From the IMG/VR virus record IMGVR_UViG_3300023199_000127, positions 64,001 through 128,000 of that record: DNA of 64,000 nucleotides; one strand, given 5' to 3'. The notes under the pieces are model-generated. The model ran no database searches, had not been told where the DNA came from, and was given only the letters and a program-made list of their open reading frames with translations. Origin of the DNA: a virus. This document shows, piece after piece, positions 46,660 through 55,249 of this stretch (positions within the stretch are counted from its first letter, which is position 1; each line of letters starts with the position of its first letter). A program made the position numbers and the translations under genes.

Positions 46660-46942
46660 CTAGGCTAGCTTCTCCAAGACTACTTCAGTGATCCAGTCTC
46701 CAGGATCAAGCTGACAACTGCTTACCGTCTCAAAAGGTATTTCTTGAATCTCCAGAAGTTCAAATTATCGAAATGTGGGGCTGTATACCCGGATAAAGAT
46801 CGCAGCTTTGCTAGACCAGGCCCTTGGCGTATTCAGTGGCGTACTCAGCATTGACATAAAGCTTCTTCAGTTTGCTGAAGACACTGGCAGCCGTAGTGCT
46901 TTTACCAGTGCTAGGACCACCAAAGAGATTTACTACCAACAT
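46660..46942 (-). pseudogene. Degraded P-loop (NadR/AAA_28-like) kinase
   Basis: MLVVNLFGGPSTGKSTTAA..EYATEYAKGLV* (TAG where W is expected); short C-terminal remnant further on. Confidence 0.65.
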
Positions 46943-46945
46943 TGA

Positions 46946-47113
46946 CTACACCACTTCGCCTTCCATATCAGTGCACGTCATAAAGACACCCCAGTGTCCG
47001 AATTCTCGCGCCTGCTTCTTGGCCTCGGCAATAGCTTCTTCCTCAGACTCAGCAATGATTTCCACATGACCCTCGAGAGTGACGCGGAGATCAATTCCGT
47101 ATGTTTTCAGCAT
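46946..47113 (-). CDS. Hypothetical protein (55 aa)
   Basis: ..HVEIIAESEEEAIAEA..; below the ORF-track cutoff. Confidence 0.6.
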   Translation of the reverse strand: MLKTYGIDLRVTLEGHVEIIAESEEEAIAEAKKQAREFGHWGVFMTCTDMEGEVV

Positions 47114-47116
47114 GAC

Positions 47117-47551
47117 TTAGTCGTGATCGTACTCAGAAATCTCAATACCGTCACGCTTTACTGTGACGGCAACGTGATCACCAAACATGTCCTCGTAAGC
47201 ATCAGTACTAAACAACTCCAGGAACCGGTGAACAGCGTCGCTAACTGCTAGTTGATCTTCTGTGTAATTCGAAGAATCACAGTATAAACCAGGACGCTCA
47301 AACTGTACGATCTCTTCACCATCATTCCATTCCATCTCACCATAGTCAGTATATACTGAGAAGATACAAGCATCTCCATCATTGAAATGGGGGGTGTACT
47401 GATGCCAGCTGAAGCTGACTAGCTTCGGGAACTTAGCAAAGACCTCGTCAACGCCTTCCTGGAAGGCGAGACGAGCTGCTGTCAGAGCAGCTTCCAAAGC
47501 CGCATCAGCGTCTTTCTGCGCTGCCGCATACTTTTCCATGAAAGTAGACAT
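47117..47551 (-). CDS. Conserved phage hypothetical protein
   Basis: FSWHQYTPHFNDGDACIFSV; GGAG SD. Confidence 0.7.
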   Translation of the reverse strand: MSTFMEKYAAAQKDADAALEAALTAARLAFQEGVDEVFAKFPKLVSFSWHQYTPHFNDGDACIFSVYTDYGEMEWNDGEEIVQFERPGLYCDSSNYTEDQLAVSDAVHRFLELFSTDAYEDMFGDHVAVTVKRDGIEISEYDHD

Positions 47552-47559
47552 TGAAACTC

Positions 47560-48027
47560 CTAATCAACAAACATTCCACCACCGTGGCTGTCTTTCTTAC
47601 TTGAAATACCAGGTTGATAAACAAACTGGTCCCACGACTGTTGCTTGCCAGGAGCAGCGGGCTTCTCCAGCTTCCTACAAGAAGCAGGAGGAGCCCCCTT
47701 GCCCTTCAGCATCCACTCTTCCATTTCTATGTTAGACAGATAGTCCTGAGCCGATGGGATAAAGCGACCGCCAAAGTCCTCAAGCACATGCTGCTCACCA
47801 ACGTCACGTACTGACACCTTCTTGCCATCTGAATTGACAATATACACTCCAAAGATCTTCTCCAGAATGGTGCCAACAAACCAGCTTGTATGAGTCAATG
47901 CACGGTGGCGACTATTTGCTACCGTAGCCTTGGAAGAATCCATCAGGTTATGAATATCCAGATAGTCCTCTACTTTACCGCCGAACTTCTTGACCGAAGA
48001 CTCAGCGTGGATCAACGGCTTGGCCAT
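47560..48027 (-). CDS. DUF6915-like protein (family recalled, not searched)
   Basis: PLIHAESSVKKFGG..DY..IH..D.SK..RHRAL.H..GEQHVLEDFGG. Confidence 0.65.
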   Translation of the reverse strand: MAKPLIHAESSVKKFGGKVEDYLDIHNLMDSSKATVANSRHRALTHTSWFVGTILEKIFGVYIVNSDGKKVSVRDVGEQHVLEDFGGRFIPSAQDYLSNIEMEEWMLKGKGAPPASCRKLEKPAAPGKQQSWDQFVYQPGISSKKDSHGGGMFVD

Positions 48028-48031
48028 CCTG

Positions 48032-48253
48032 CTATCCCTCTATGCACAGAGCATCAAACAATGTCATCAGATCGATAGGCGCCTTGATATAGATGATGCG
48101 AACATGACCTTATTGTTTGGCTTGCTCTATCTTGTCATCAAACCCCTGAGGATTTGCATCATCAGCATCGAACACATCCCATGCTTCAAATACCTCAGGG
48201 AAATCTTCAGTACGACGCCAAAGAATGATGCATTTCAGTATAGTGGTGGGCAT
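48032..48253 (-). pseudogene. Small gene interrupted by an in-frame TAA
   Basis: 47 aa, TAA (48110-48112), then 25 aa; TAATG-coupled start. Confidence 0.55.
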
Positions 48254-48549
48254 TACAAACCTCGGTTCTTAATGAACCTGTTTAGTCGATCAATGAATCG
48301 ACACCCATCCTCGAGACGTGTAAACCACACATTCAGAGAACAATACTCTGAGTCGGGGTGCATCTGTTCGTCGATTACACTAGTATCGATGAGCTTATCT
48401 TCCACGTCCCCATTACCATCACAGTCCTCAAAGAGACCATAAGCTGCGCAGGTCCCTATCATGCTTCTCTCAAAGCACCATAGACCACTATCAGACTGCT
48501 CAATGTCTTCATAGGTGAAGACAGGCATCGTTTCATTCTGGTAGTACAT
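48253..48549 (-). CDS. Hypothetical protein
   Basis: 98 aa; TAATG overlaps. Confidence 0.6.
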   Translation of the reverse strand: MYYQNETMPVFTYEDIEQSDSGLWCFERSMIGTCAAYGLFEDCDGNGDVEDKLIDTSVIDEQMHPDSEYCSLNVWFTRLEDGCRFIDRLNRFIKNRGL

Positions 48550-48656
48550 TAGCTACACGCTCTCAAAATGTATGCAGTAGCAACACAAAGGAAGGCCAAC
48601 TGGACCACTCGCAGAGTAATAACAGTTATGCATAGCAACCAGTCCTGAAAACTCAC
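48549..48656 (-). CDS. 35-aa single-TM peptide
   Basis: Coupled on both sides (TAGTG, TAATG); MSFQDWLLCITVITLRVVQLAFLCVATAYILRACS. Confidence 0.55.
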   Translation of the reverse strand: MSFQDWLLCITVITLRVVQLAFLCVATAYILRACS

Positions 48657-49162
48657 TAGATCTTCTCTACCACACGCAGCATGACACCACATTCATTGAT
48701 GTGCTGCACGGAGAATCTACAGGACTCCCTCCACCTATCAGAGACTTCCTGGTCTCTAAAATTATGGTACTCCGGAATGAAGATGGCACGAATGCCGGCC
48801 TGAATCAGGCCTCGAGTGCAATCTACACAGGGCGGCCCGGTGACGAAGGCAACGGTGCCGTCCGTAGCAACGCCACGTCGAGCAGCACCATAAAGCGCAT
48901 TGCGCTCCGAGTGTTCAAAGAAGGCATACTTCTGCGGACGCTGATGACGCCAGCTTACGGCATCATCCATGCCACGAACCATACCGTTGTAACCAAAGGC
49001 CACCTCGTTACGGTTAAGATCGACCAAGACACAGCCACACTGTGTGCTCGTATCCTTGGACATAGACGCTTTCAGACGTGCCTGCTCAATGAAGTGACGC
49101 TGCCACTTCGTAGTAAAAACAAGCTGCACGTCTTCGTGGCACACATCGTTATTTTCCATCAT
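48656..49162 (-). CDS. dCMP deaminase
   Basis: GYNG, HSERNA, PCVDC, IQAGI. Confidence 0.92.
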   Translation of the reverse strand: MMENNDVCHEDVQLVFTTKWQRHFIEQARLKASMSKDTSTQCGCVLVDLNRNEVAFGYNGMVRGMDDAVSWRHQRPQKYAFFEHSERNALYGAARRGVATDGTVAFVTGPPCVDCTRGLIQAGIRAIFIPEYHNFRDQEVSDRWRESCRFSVQHINECGVMLRVVEKI

Positions 49163-49168
49163 GGGACT

Positions 49169-49540
49169 TTACCGATCTTTGAGCCGATCCATATCCTGGC
49201 ACAGCTCTCGTAGAAGTCGCTCACTGCTCTCAAACCAAATCATGGTGATCTCAGTATCAGGACCAAAGTCCTCATAAGCACCACCATACTTACGCATATG
49301 CTCATAGAACTGCTGAGAGTTGTCATACCCCAACAGAAAAGCATCAGCAAACCGAGCGGTTGTTTTCTCAACACCAAAGATCAAGATAGGCTTCGAGTAA
49401 CTTCTGTCCTCAGAAACAGCACGACACTCACCAGGAATGTAATCACGGAAACCTGCTCTCACCGTTACTCTAATGTCTTCGCTCTTGATGCCAGGCAAAA
49501 GGTCATCTGCGAAGACAAGCGGTGCATTCACAATTTCCAT
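49169..49540 (-). CDS. ASCH-like domain protein
   Basis: VTVRAG.R ... LGY.N..F..M.KY ... ITMIWF. Confidence 0.55.
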   Translation of the reverse strand: MEIVNAPLVFADDLLPGIKSEDIRVTVRAGFRDYIPGECRAVSEDRSYSKPILIFGVEKTTARFADAFLLGYDNSQQFYEHMRKYGGAYEDFGPDTEITMIWFESSERLLRELCQDMDRLKDR

Positions 49541-50728
49541 TCATACATCCTCTCGAAAAGTGATGCCAACAGGTAGGAAAGGCTTTAGGTCCTTGGTCCT
49601 TTGCTGGAATCGCACCGTCAGCTTCCTACCAATGTAGTCATCCTTGTTGGACAAATATCCTTCGCGGATCTGCTGATTACCACGCGGAACGACGTCAAAC
49701 TCCTCGTCATTGACGTCGTTCTTGCAGACAAAGACCACAGCCTTTTCATGCTTGCCCTTACCAGGCTTAGCATCAATAACCATGAACTCCTCGTCCTCGA
49801 ACTGTTTCAACTTCAGCAGTTCGTTAGAGCGATAACCCCATTCATAGAACCCAGTACGAGAGCGTACCATGGCGCCCTCATATCCCCTGGCAACTACTCT
49901 GGTCTCCGCAGCTTTCAGCTCCTGCAGATCATTCACTGTCTTTGAAGGTACGAGACGTATCAACGGCTCGTGCCGGCGGAACTTCTCGCCGTATATGAGA
50001 TAGAGATACTCAGCGCGCTCTGACCAAGGAGCTTCGTCTCCATGCACAGGAATAACCGGCATGTCGAAGATCCAATACTCGAGCTTCACACGATCGTCCT
50101 TCGGGTTCTTGGAATTATGCTTAGGGACCAAGGCATTGATCTCCTCTAGCAGCATCCCATGGATGTACAACTCGCCATCGAAGACACATCCTCGAGGCAA
50201 GATGTTCTGGATGGGGTCCGTGACATGCTCCAGGAAAGGAAAGAGCTTGCCGCTGTTAGAGCGCAAGGTGACCTTGCCCTCCTCCCATTGTGCGGTTGCA
50301 CGGACCCCATCCAGCTTGGGCTGGACATCAAAGCCACTTGAATTGGCCTCCATGAACTTCTTGGCTTTGGAGGTGAGGTGATACTCGCCTTCCTTGTCTT
50401 GCCGATAGAAGGGCTGAGCCTTCATCGGCTGGGACAAGGGTGCCTGAGCATCCTCCACGGTAAGCGAGTATTTGCGCTCCAGCTTATGCTTGTGCTTATA
50501 CAGAGCCTCATTAATAGCCTGCTGCTCTGCTGTAGTCTCATGCTTCTTGCCCACATTTGTCGGCTGAGCGCGTACCTTCGACGTCTGCTTCTTACCGTCG
50601 ATAGTACCGTAGCTAGTGTAGACAAACTGATCCTTAGCCCACACCTGCCACACTCTCATTTCGCCCTTTCTGCCCTTATGGTAGAGAGGGGGGCATGTAT
50701 GCGATGCATCATCCGGAGCGAGATTCAT
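49541..50728 (-). CDS. ATP-dependent DNA ligase
   Basis: QPKLDGVRA, FDGELY, IFD, EGAMVR, LLKLK, OB fold (LTVRFQ). Confidence 0.95.
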   Translation of the reverse strand: MNLAPDDASHTCPPLYHKGRKGEMRVWQVWAKDQFVYTSYGTIDGKKQTSKVRAQPTNVGKKHETTAEQQAINEALYKHKHKLERKYSLTVEDAQAPLSQPMKAQPFYRQDKEGEYHLTSKAKKFMEANSSGFDVQPKLDGVRATAQWEEGKVTLRSNSGKLFPFLEHVTDPIQNILPRGCVFDGELYIHGMLLEEINALVPKHNSKNPKDDRVKLEYWIFDMPVIPVHGDEAPWSERAEYLYLIYGEKFRRHEPLIRLVPSKTVNDLQELKAAETRVVARGYEGAMVRSRTGFYEWGYRSNELLKLKQFEDEEFMVIDAKPGKGKHEKAVVFVCKNDVNDEEFDVVPRGNQQIREGYLSNKDDYIGRKLTVRFQQRTKDLKPFLPVGITFREDV

Positions 50729-50999
50729 GGTACTTCCTTAGAAACCTTTCAACGCCTCTTACAGAAAAAGGCCACACATCCATTTCAGTATAGATCCTGA
50801 CGTTGTCAAAGAAACATCCTCGATATTCAACCGTTCCCGGGTCCTTAGTTTCTTGGAATCTATTCATTCTATACACCAGAATATCAATCTGCTGTACTGT
50901 GAGATACAACACAGGTGCCAGGTGAGCGTCACTGCCAATGGGAACAAAATCAATGTGTTCAGGTATTCTTCTAAGGTTCATTTCATAGCAAGGAGCCAT
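50709..50999 (-). CDS. Hypothetical protein
   Basis: 96 aa ORF. Confidence 0.5.
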   Translation of the reverse strand: MAPCYEMNLRRIPEHIDFVPIGSDAHLAPVLYLTVQQIDILVYRMNRFQETKDPGTVEYRGCFFDNVRIYTEMDVWPFSVRGVERFLRKYHESRSG

Positions 51000-51081
51000 G
51001 AAACCGTAGCAACCTTCTTCTTTGTACCGCGTGCCCTAATGGCGCGCGGGACTAACGTGTAGTGCCATATCTAAAGAGGAA

Positions 51082-51157
51082 TGGTGGACCCGACAGGATT
51101 TGAACCTGCGACCCCCTGCGTGCAAAGCAGGTGCTCTCCCAGCTGAGCTACGAGCCC
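51082..51157 (-). tRNA. trnA: tRNA-Ala(TGC)
   Basis: Full cloverleaf; CCTGC-TTTGCAC-GCAGG; encoded CCA. Confidence 0.97.
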
Positions 51158-51174
51158 ATGTTGTTGTGGAAATT

Positions 51175-51357
51175 CCCTACCTGGTCTTTTTGTTCCGAAG
51201 ACAGAGTTCCAGAGCTGAAGTGTATGCGGCCGGCACCACCCATATGGTCTGTCCAGGTTCTGTCCTTAGCTGAAGTCAATGTGGCCACGCCGACAGCTCT
51301 TTTAGGATAGACTAGCCAGTCAACTACCCGTGAACACTTATTCGCAGGCAGGTAGGG
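51175..51357 (-). ncRNA. Candidate 183-nt structured ncRNA, family unassigned
   Basis: Terminal 9-bp stem CCCTACCTG/CAGGTAGGG plus nested AGAGCTG/CAGCTCT and GTGGCC/GGCCGC stems, between tRNAs. Confidence 0.5.
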
Positions 51358-51514
51358 GTCATCGATCTCTCATCGATTTTGGTCCTTGTGTTTTTTGTGC
51401 AGTCATCAAAGGCCTAAACATTGACTGCTTGTAACTCGCGGTGACCTCTTCAACGGTGCCCTCGTCAACCTATGGTCAACTGCCAGGGTCCTATCCTGTC
51501 GATCACCGAGAGAA

Positions 51515-51588
51515 TGGAGGCGGGGTGGGACTCGAACCCACGACCTTCAGCTTATGAGGCTGACAAACTACCACTACTCCACCCCGCC
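51515..51588 (-). tRNA. trnM: tRNA with CAT anticodon (Met or Ile2), atypical
   Basis: TCAGC-CTCATAA-GCTGA, TTCGAGT T-loop, CCA; one nt short in the acceptor/T region. Confidence 0.85.
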
Positions 51589-51657
51589 GGGTAAAGACTC
51601 AAGCTTAAATGCACAAGGGCGCTTGAGTTGTGCCTATGCTATAGGTGCATCTCTTTT

Positions 51658-52056
51658 TGGTGGAGGCGGTGGGAATCGAACCCACGTGCTGCATCGTCCT
51701 TCCAAGGACATCTACATGTGTGTCTCATTGCTTCGTGGATTAAAGCATTCAAGCGCAATGAGCAAAGCGTCCCTACTAGAAAGCTTTCCCTTACCAGGGC
51801 AGCGCTTTCGCTGAGTCAGCAGTCTTTCCTGCCGTCATCCTCCTGGAACCTGGAGGCAAGGCTTGCGGCCCTTAGGCCGCGAGGCGAGCGACGCCACCGG
51901 AGCTCTTAACGAGCACCGGCACGAGGCTGCCGAGGGTGCGCTTGGAGCGCTTGAAACCGTTCTTTGCGGTTACGTTGTCCAGGGTTTTACGAGGCCACCT
52001 GGAACCTCGACATGCAGTCTCTTTTCAGTAACGACCAGTCGATACCGGTCGCCCCC
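51658..52056 (-). ncRNA. ssrA: tmRNA (399 nt)
   Basis: 5' GGGGGCGA..TCGAC; 3' GGTTCGATTCCCACCGCCTCCACCA; G3-U70 pair; pk1 (CGAGG/CCTCG, TCCAGG/CCTGGA); tag ORF 51967..51872 ending LAA*. Confidence 0.96.
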
Positions 52057-52087
52057 ATGTTGTTAAAGACCAGGGACCCAGTCTATC

Positions 52088-52270
52088 CTAAAGGATGAAC
52101 TGGGTCCAAATATAGAGGGTGTAACCCATCTGTTCAACAAAATGCTTGAATGCTTCAAGGTCATTTTTGATGTCGGGCAGATCTTCCCAATCATCTACTA
52201 TGTACACGTCGAGGATCCAGTCATCATGGATCTCCTTGATCCATTCAAAGAAAATAGGTGCGACTTGCAT
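52088..52270 (-). CDS. Hypothetical protein
   Basis: 60 aa acidic ORF. Confidence 0.55.
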   Translation of the reverse strand: MQVAPIFFEWIKEIHDDWILDVYIVDDWEDLPDIKNDLEAFKHFVEQMGYTLYIWTQFIL

Positions 52271-52283
52271 GATCGCCTGATCC

Positions 52284-52550
52284 TCAGTACCGCTGGTTCA
52301 TATACGAGTCTTCATTCTCCTCCAACTCAATGACCCAAACCTGCGTTTGCTGCAATTCGGTGTCACATACACGAAATGCCATGCTCTGTGTATCTCCAAG
52401 CTCCGTGATTGATGATAGTCCCGTCACGTTTAGTGACCGGATAAATCCGCGACAACCATACGTGAGTAGCCTGCATGTGTCTACGAAATAGACGTCCCTG
52501 CATATAGCCCATGCGACACTCATGCATAGGACTATACACCCACGGCGCAA
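52284..52550 (-). CDS. Hypothetical protein
   Basis: Start uncertain (ATG at 52523 is possible). Confidence 0.4.
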   Translation of the reverse strand: MRRGCIVLCMSVAWAICRDVYFVDTCRLLTYGCRGFIRSLNVTGLSSITELGDTQSMAFRVCDTELQQTQVWVIELEENEDSYMNQRY

Positions 52551-52574
52551 ACCTGGGAGATACGGCAGCTGCCA

Positions 52575-53465
52575 CTAGTATCTCTTGTTGTGTGTCGCTG
52601 GACGCTTGGAGTTCACCTGGAATTTCGCATGAATCTCCTGAGCAAAACGGTACGGAGTCATCTCATGACGCTCGCAATAGCGGCGCACAAAGTCGCAGAG
52701 TCGAATGAACACATCGCTCACCTCCTCCCAGACACCGTCCTTGCCATTCCAGTTTGCAGGCTTCTTGCGGAGAGCTTCAATGGCCTCATGGACCTCACCG
52801 GCCATGAGGGCCAGCATGATAGCAGGATCACCAACAACATCAGCTCTATGCAAAGCTTCCACTGCAGTCTCAATATCCTGCTGCTGGAATCCAGCCTCCC
52901 GCAAAGCTTGACGTGCCATGTTTTTATGGCACTCCCAGAATCCCTTGTTCTCTGACTGCTTACCGCAGGCATCGACAAAGGCAGCAAAGCTACGACAGAA
53001 TGTCTCTACATCCCTATCGTCTTCGTTTAGCTCATCCAGCCACTCCTGGAAGTTCCACTGGTGGCCACCTACATCTCCATGCCACTTCTTAATCCACGTA
53101 TCAGCCTCCTCCAAGGAGTTTGTTACAGGGATATCGTTCTTATGGCAAAAGGTAACCTCACGGTCCGCTCCGGCCGAAAGGCCAGGGATGCGGACCAGCA
53201 TGTCACAACGCAGGATAACCTGCTCATCCATGCCCAGCCAATACTCCCACGTATGGTAGTACTTGCCTTCGTCCAGGATCTGTCCCAGATGGGACAGATG
53301 CGGGACAAAAACTGCAGCACCCATTGCACGGACCTTATCGCCCCACTCAATAGCGGTACGCACATGGTCCATACGAACTTCCTCTTCGAATCCACCATCG
53401 ACATTCCGCTCACCAGAGAGCGGACCAGCAATGTAGATCAAAGGTTCAGAGGGTCTATTGCGCAT
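52575..53465 (-). CDS. Fusion: nucleoside 2-deoxyribosyltransferase-like (DUF4406-type) + MazG-like NTP pyrophosphatase
   Basis: IYIAGPLSG..VPH..RCDML..SAGADRE; LMAGEVHEAIEA..EEVSDVFIRLCD. Confidence 0.75.
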   Translation of the reverse strand: MRNRPSEPLIYIAGPLSGERNVDGGFEEEVRMDHVRTAIEWGDKVRAMGAAVFVPHLSHLGQILDEGKYYHTWEYWLGMDEQVILRCDMLVRIPGLSAGADREVTFCHKNDIPVTNSLEEADTWIKKWHGDVGGHQWNFQEWLDELNEDDRDVETFCRSFAAFVDACGKQSENKGFWECHKNMARQALREAGFQQQDIETAVEALHRADVVGDPAIMLALMAGEVHEAIEALRKKPANWNGKDGVWEEVSDVFIRLCDFVRRYCERHEMTPYRFAQEIHAKFQVNSKRPATHNKRY

Positions 53466-53656
53466 TTGTTTTCCTTTGTACAATGTGAAGCCAGTAATAA
53501 CACTAACGTCAAGTCAAGACCAAATACTTTCTCTGACCATTGCCTTAATGTTCGATATCCCTTGGGTGCCTCTCGTCGCTCATACAAAGAGAAAAACACA
53601 CGCAGTGCCTGATGACGTTTATAAGAAGGAACCTTCCAGGGTTCATTCTTAATCAT
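53438..53656 (-). CDS. Hypothetical protein
   Basis: 72 aa ORF. Confidence 0.4.
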   Translation of the reverse strand: MIKNEPWKVPSYKRHQALRVFFSLYERREAPKGYRTLRQWSEKVFGLDLTLVLLLASHCTKENKCAIDPLNL

Positions 53657-53744
53657 TCGCGCAGGAATCTATATTCCTATCAGGATCCTGGCATAAGTAT
53701 CAATCGGATCGTCGGGCATTTTATCGACAATACGGATAGCCATA

Positions 53745-54374
53745 CTATCCTCCGAGCTGATCTTGTAGTTCCTGAGAGATCTGCAAAGCAACGATCTTAC
53801 CACCTCCAGGTCCCTGCATGCGGATAGGGCTAGCAAGACAAATGATGGGCAGAACACGCCCAAGAACTTCCGGCTTCCATCCCCTAGTCTGGTCTTCCCA
53901 TTCCTGAAAATAGTTCGGAGCTTCCCGGTTCGTATGAATGAACATGAAATGACGAGTAAGCTGGCGGAGCCAGTCCATTCCCTGTAGTTCGCTACACAGT
54001 ACAGCTCTGTAGAACGCAGGGAAATCATTCAATGACATGACCATCCAATCCCCTCTTAGGGTAAGGATCATGCGCATCTTATCGAGCGGAAAGCTAGCCG
54101 GGAACTTCTCTCGTTCCTTCTTGTAGCGCTTTGGCCACGTAGCTACATCGCTCTTGAGATTTCCAGTGTGTTTGCACTCGACAATAATCGAGTCAAACGG
54201 CTTAGGCCAATCCTTCTTACCGATGTGCTCATACCACTCGTCAACATCAACCACCACGTCGGACGGCGATGTGCCTGTCCGACGATGATCGTTCTTCAGG
54301 CTCTGTTTATGACGCTCAGTGCCGAAGAGTTTAGCGACAGATCGTTCGTGGACTTTCCAAGCTTTATCTACCAT
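53745..54374 (-). CDS. PD-(D/E)xK nuclease, Holliday-junction-resolvase-like
   Basis: WKVHERSVAK..PSDV..IVECK. Confidence 0.6.
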   Translation of the reverse strand: MVDKAWKVHERSVAKLFGTERHKQSLKNDHRRTGTSPSDVVVDVDEWYEHIGKKDWPKPFDSIIVECKHTGNLKSDVATWPKRYKKEREKFPASFPLDKMRMILTLRGDWMVMSLNDFPAFYRAVLCSELQGMDWLRQLTRHFMFIHTNREAPNYFQEWEDQTRGWKPEVLGRVLPIICLASPIRMQGPGGGKIVALQISQELQDQLGG

Positions 54375-54379
54375 AGCTG

Positions 54380-55153
54380 TTACAGAATACCATGGGCCCT
54401 GATATGCACCATGATCTCCTTATGAATCTCTTCGGCCGGCCTATCTGCCCAGACACGCATCACGGGACCGTACTCGACGTCGTTCCAGTTATGCTCAAAG
54501 AGATTCTCAAAAGCCTCCTGAGTTTTCAGGAGGCGATCGCCCTTCTCGTAAAGACTCTGCTGAACTTTACCACCTGCACCAGCCCCTTCAGCACGACGCT
54601 TGATACGATTCATCGTGACCTCCACAGGCTGGTCCAGCCAGATCCAAAGATCAGGAGCCTTAAGTTTCTCAGCAGCCACGAGAGCCAGCTGCTGGACCTC
54701 GGGGCTGTTGAACTGATAGGCATAAGTGCTAGCCCAACTACGAGACTGAATGACGAAGGTTCTATCGATTTCCTCATTCTCCTTACGTAGCCAAGCAGCA
54801 TGATGCTCATGCTCCTCCAGATCATAAGGAGTCAGCTCACCACGAGATTCCGAATTACTGCCCCAGACCTTACGGTCCAAGGAGATCATATCCGTAAGGA
54901 ACAGTGGAGACGTCATTAGATGTGCCACACTGGGATCCATTCCATGCTCACTGATTTCCTGCCAAGCCTTACGGAGCATCTCGCCATACTGCGTCTGCTC
55001 ATTCTGAGGAAGACCCGGGTCATTACCACCCGTAGGCGTGCGCAGAAAGTAGGGCACCTTCCCATACGTCTGCACATTGGTATGCAGCATTTGAAGCTGG
55101 GTATCCTTACCCGTACCGTCAATGCCCTCGATAATGATGTGGCGTGCACTCAT
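54380..55153 (-). CDS. tmk: Thymidylate kinase
   Basis: IIIEGIDGTGKDTQ, SRS..STYAYQ, PDLWIWLD. Confidence 0.9.
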   Translation of the reverse strand: MSARHIIIEGIDGTGKDTQLQMLHTNVQTYGKVPYFLRTPTGGNDPGLPQNEQTQYGEMLRKAWQEISEHGMDPSVAHLMTSPLFLTDMISLDRKVWGSNSESRGELTPYDLEEHEHHAAWLRKENEEIDRTFVIQSRSWASTYAYQFNSPEVQQLALVAAEKLKAPDLWIWLDQPVEVTMNRIKRRAEGAGAGGKVQQSLYEKGDRLLKTQEAFENLFEHNWNDVEYGPVMRVWADRPAEEIHKEIMVHIRAHGIL

Positions 55154-55196
55154 AGTTTTCTCTGTATGTAAGAACTACTCCTAAGCACTAGACGGC

Positions 55197-55219
55197 GAAG
55201 CGAGGAGTATCCTCGCTTC
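55197..55219 (-). terminator. Perfect 10-bp hairpin downstream of the SSB-like gene
   Basis: GAAGCGAGGA-GTA-TCCTCGCTTC; no clear U-tract. Confidence 0.45.
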
Positions 55220-55249
55220 TCCCTCTAGCTAGTACTACAGAGTTCAACC

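Noticed and set aside
46660-48253. Stop-codon reassignment
   Set aside because: The interruptions use both TAG and TAA, and all three stops end normal genes elsewhere.
51170-51512. RNase P RNA
   Set aside because: Size fits and ACAGAACC occurs, but the GAGGAAAGTCC P4 strand is absent.
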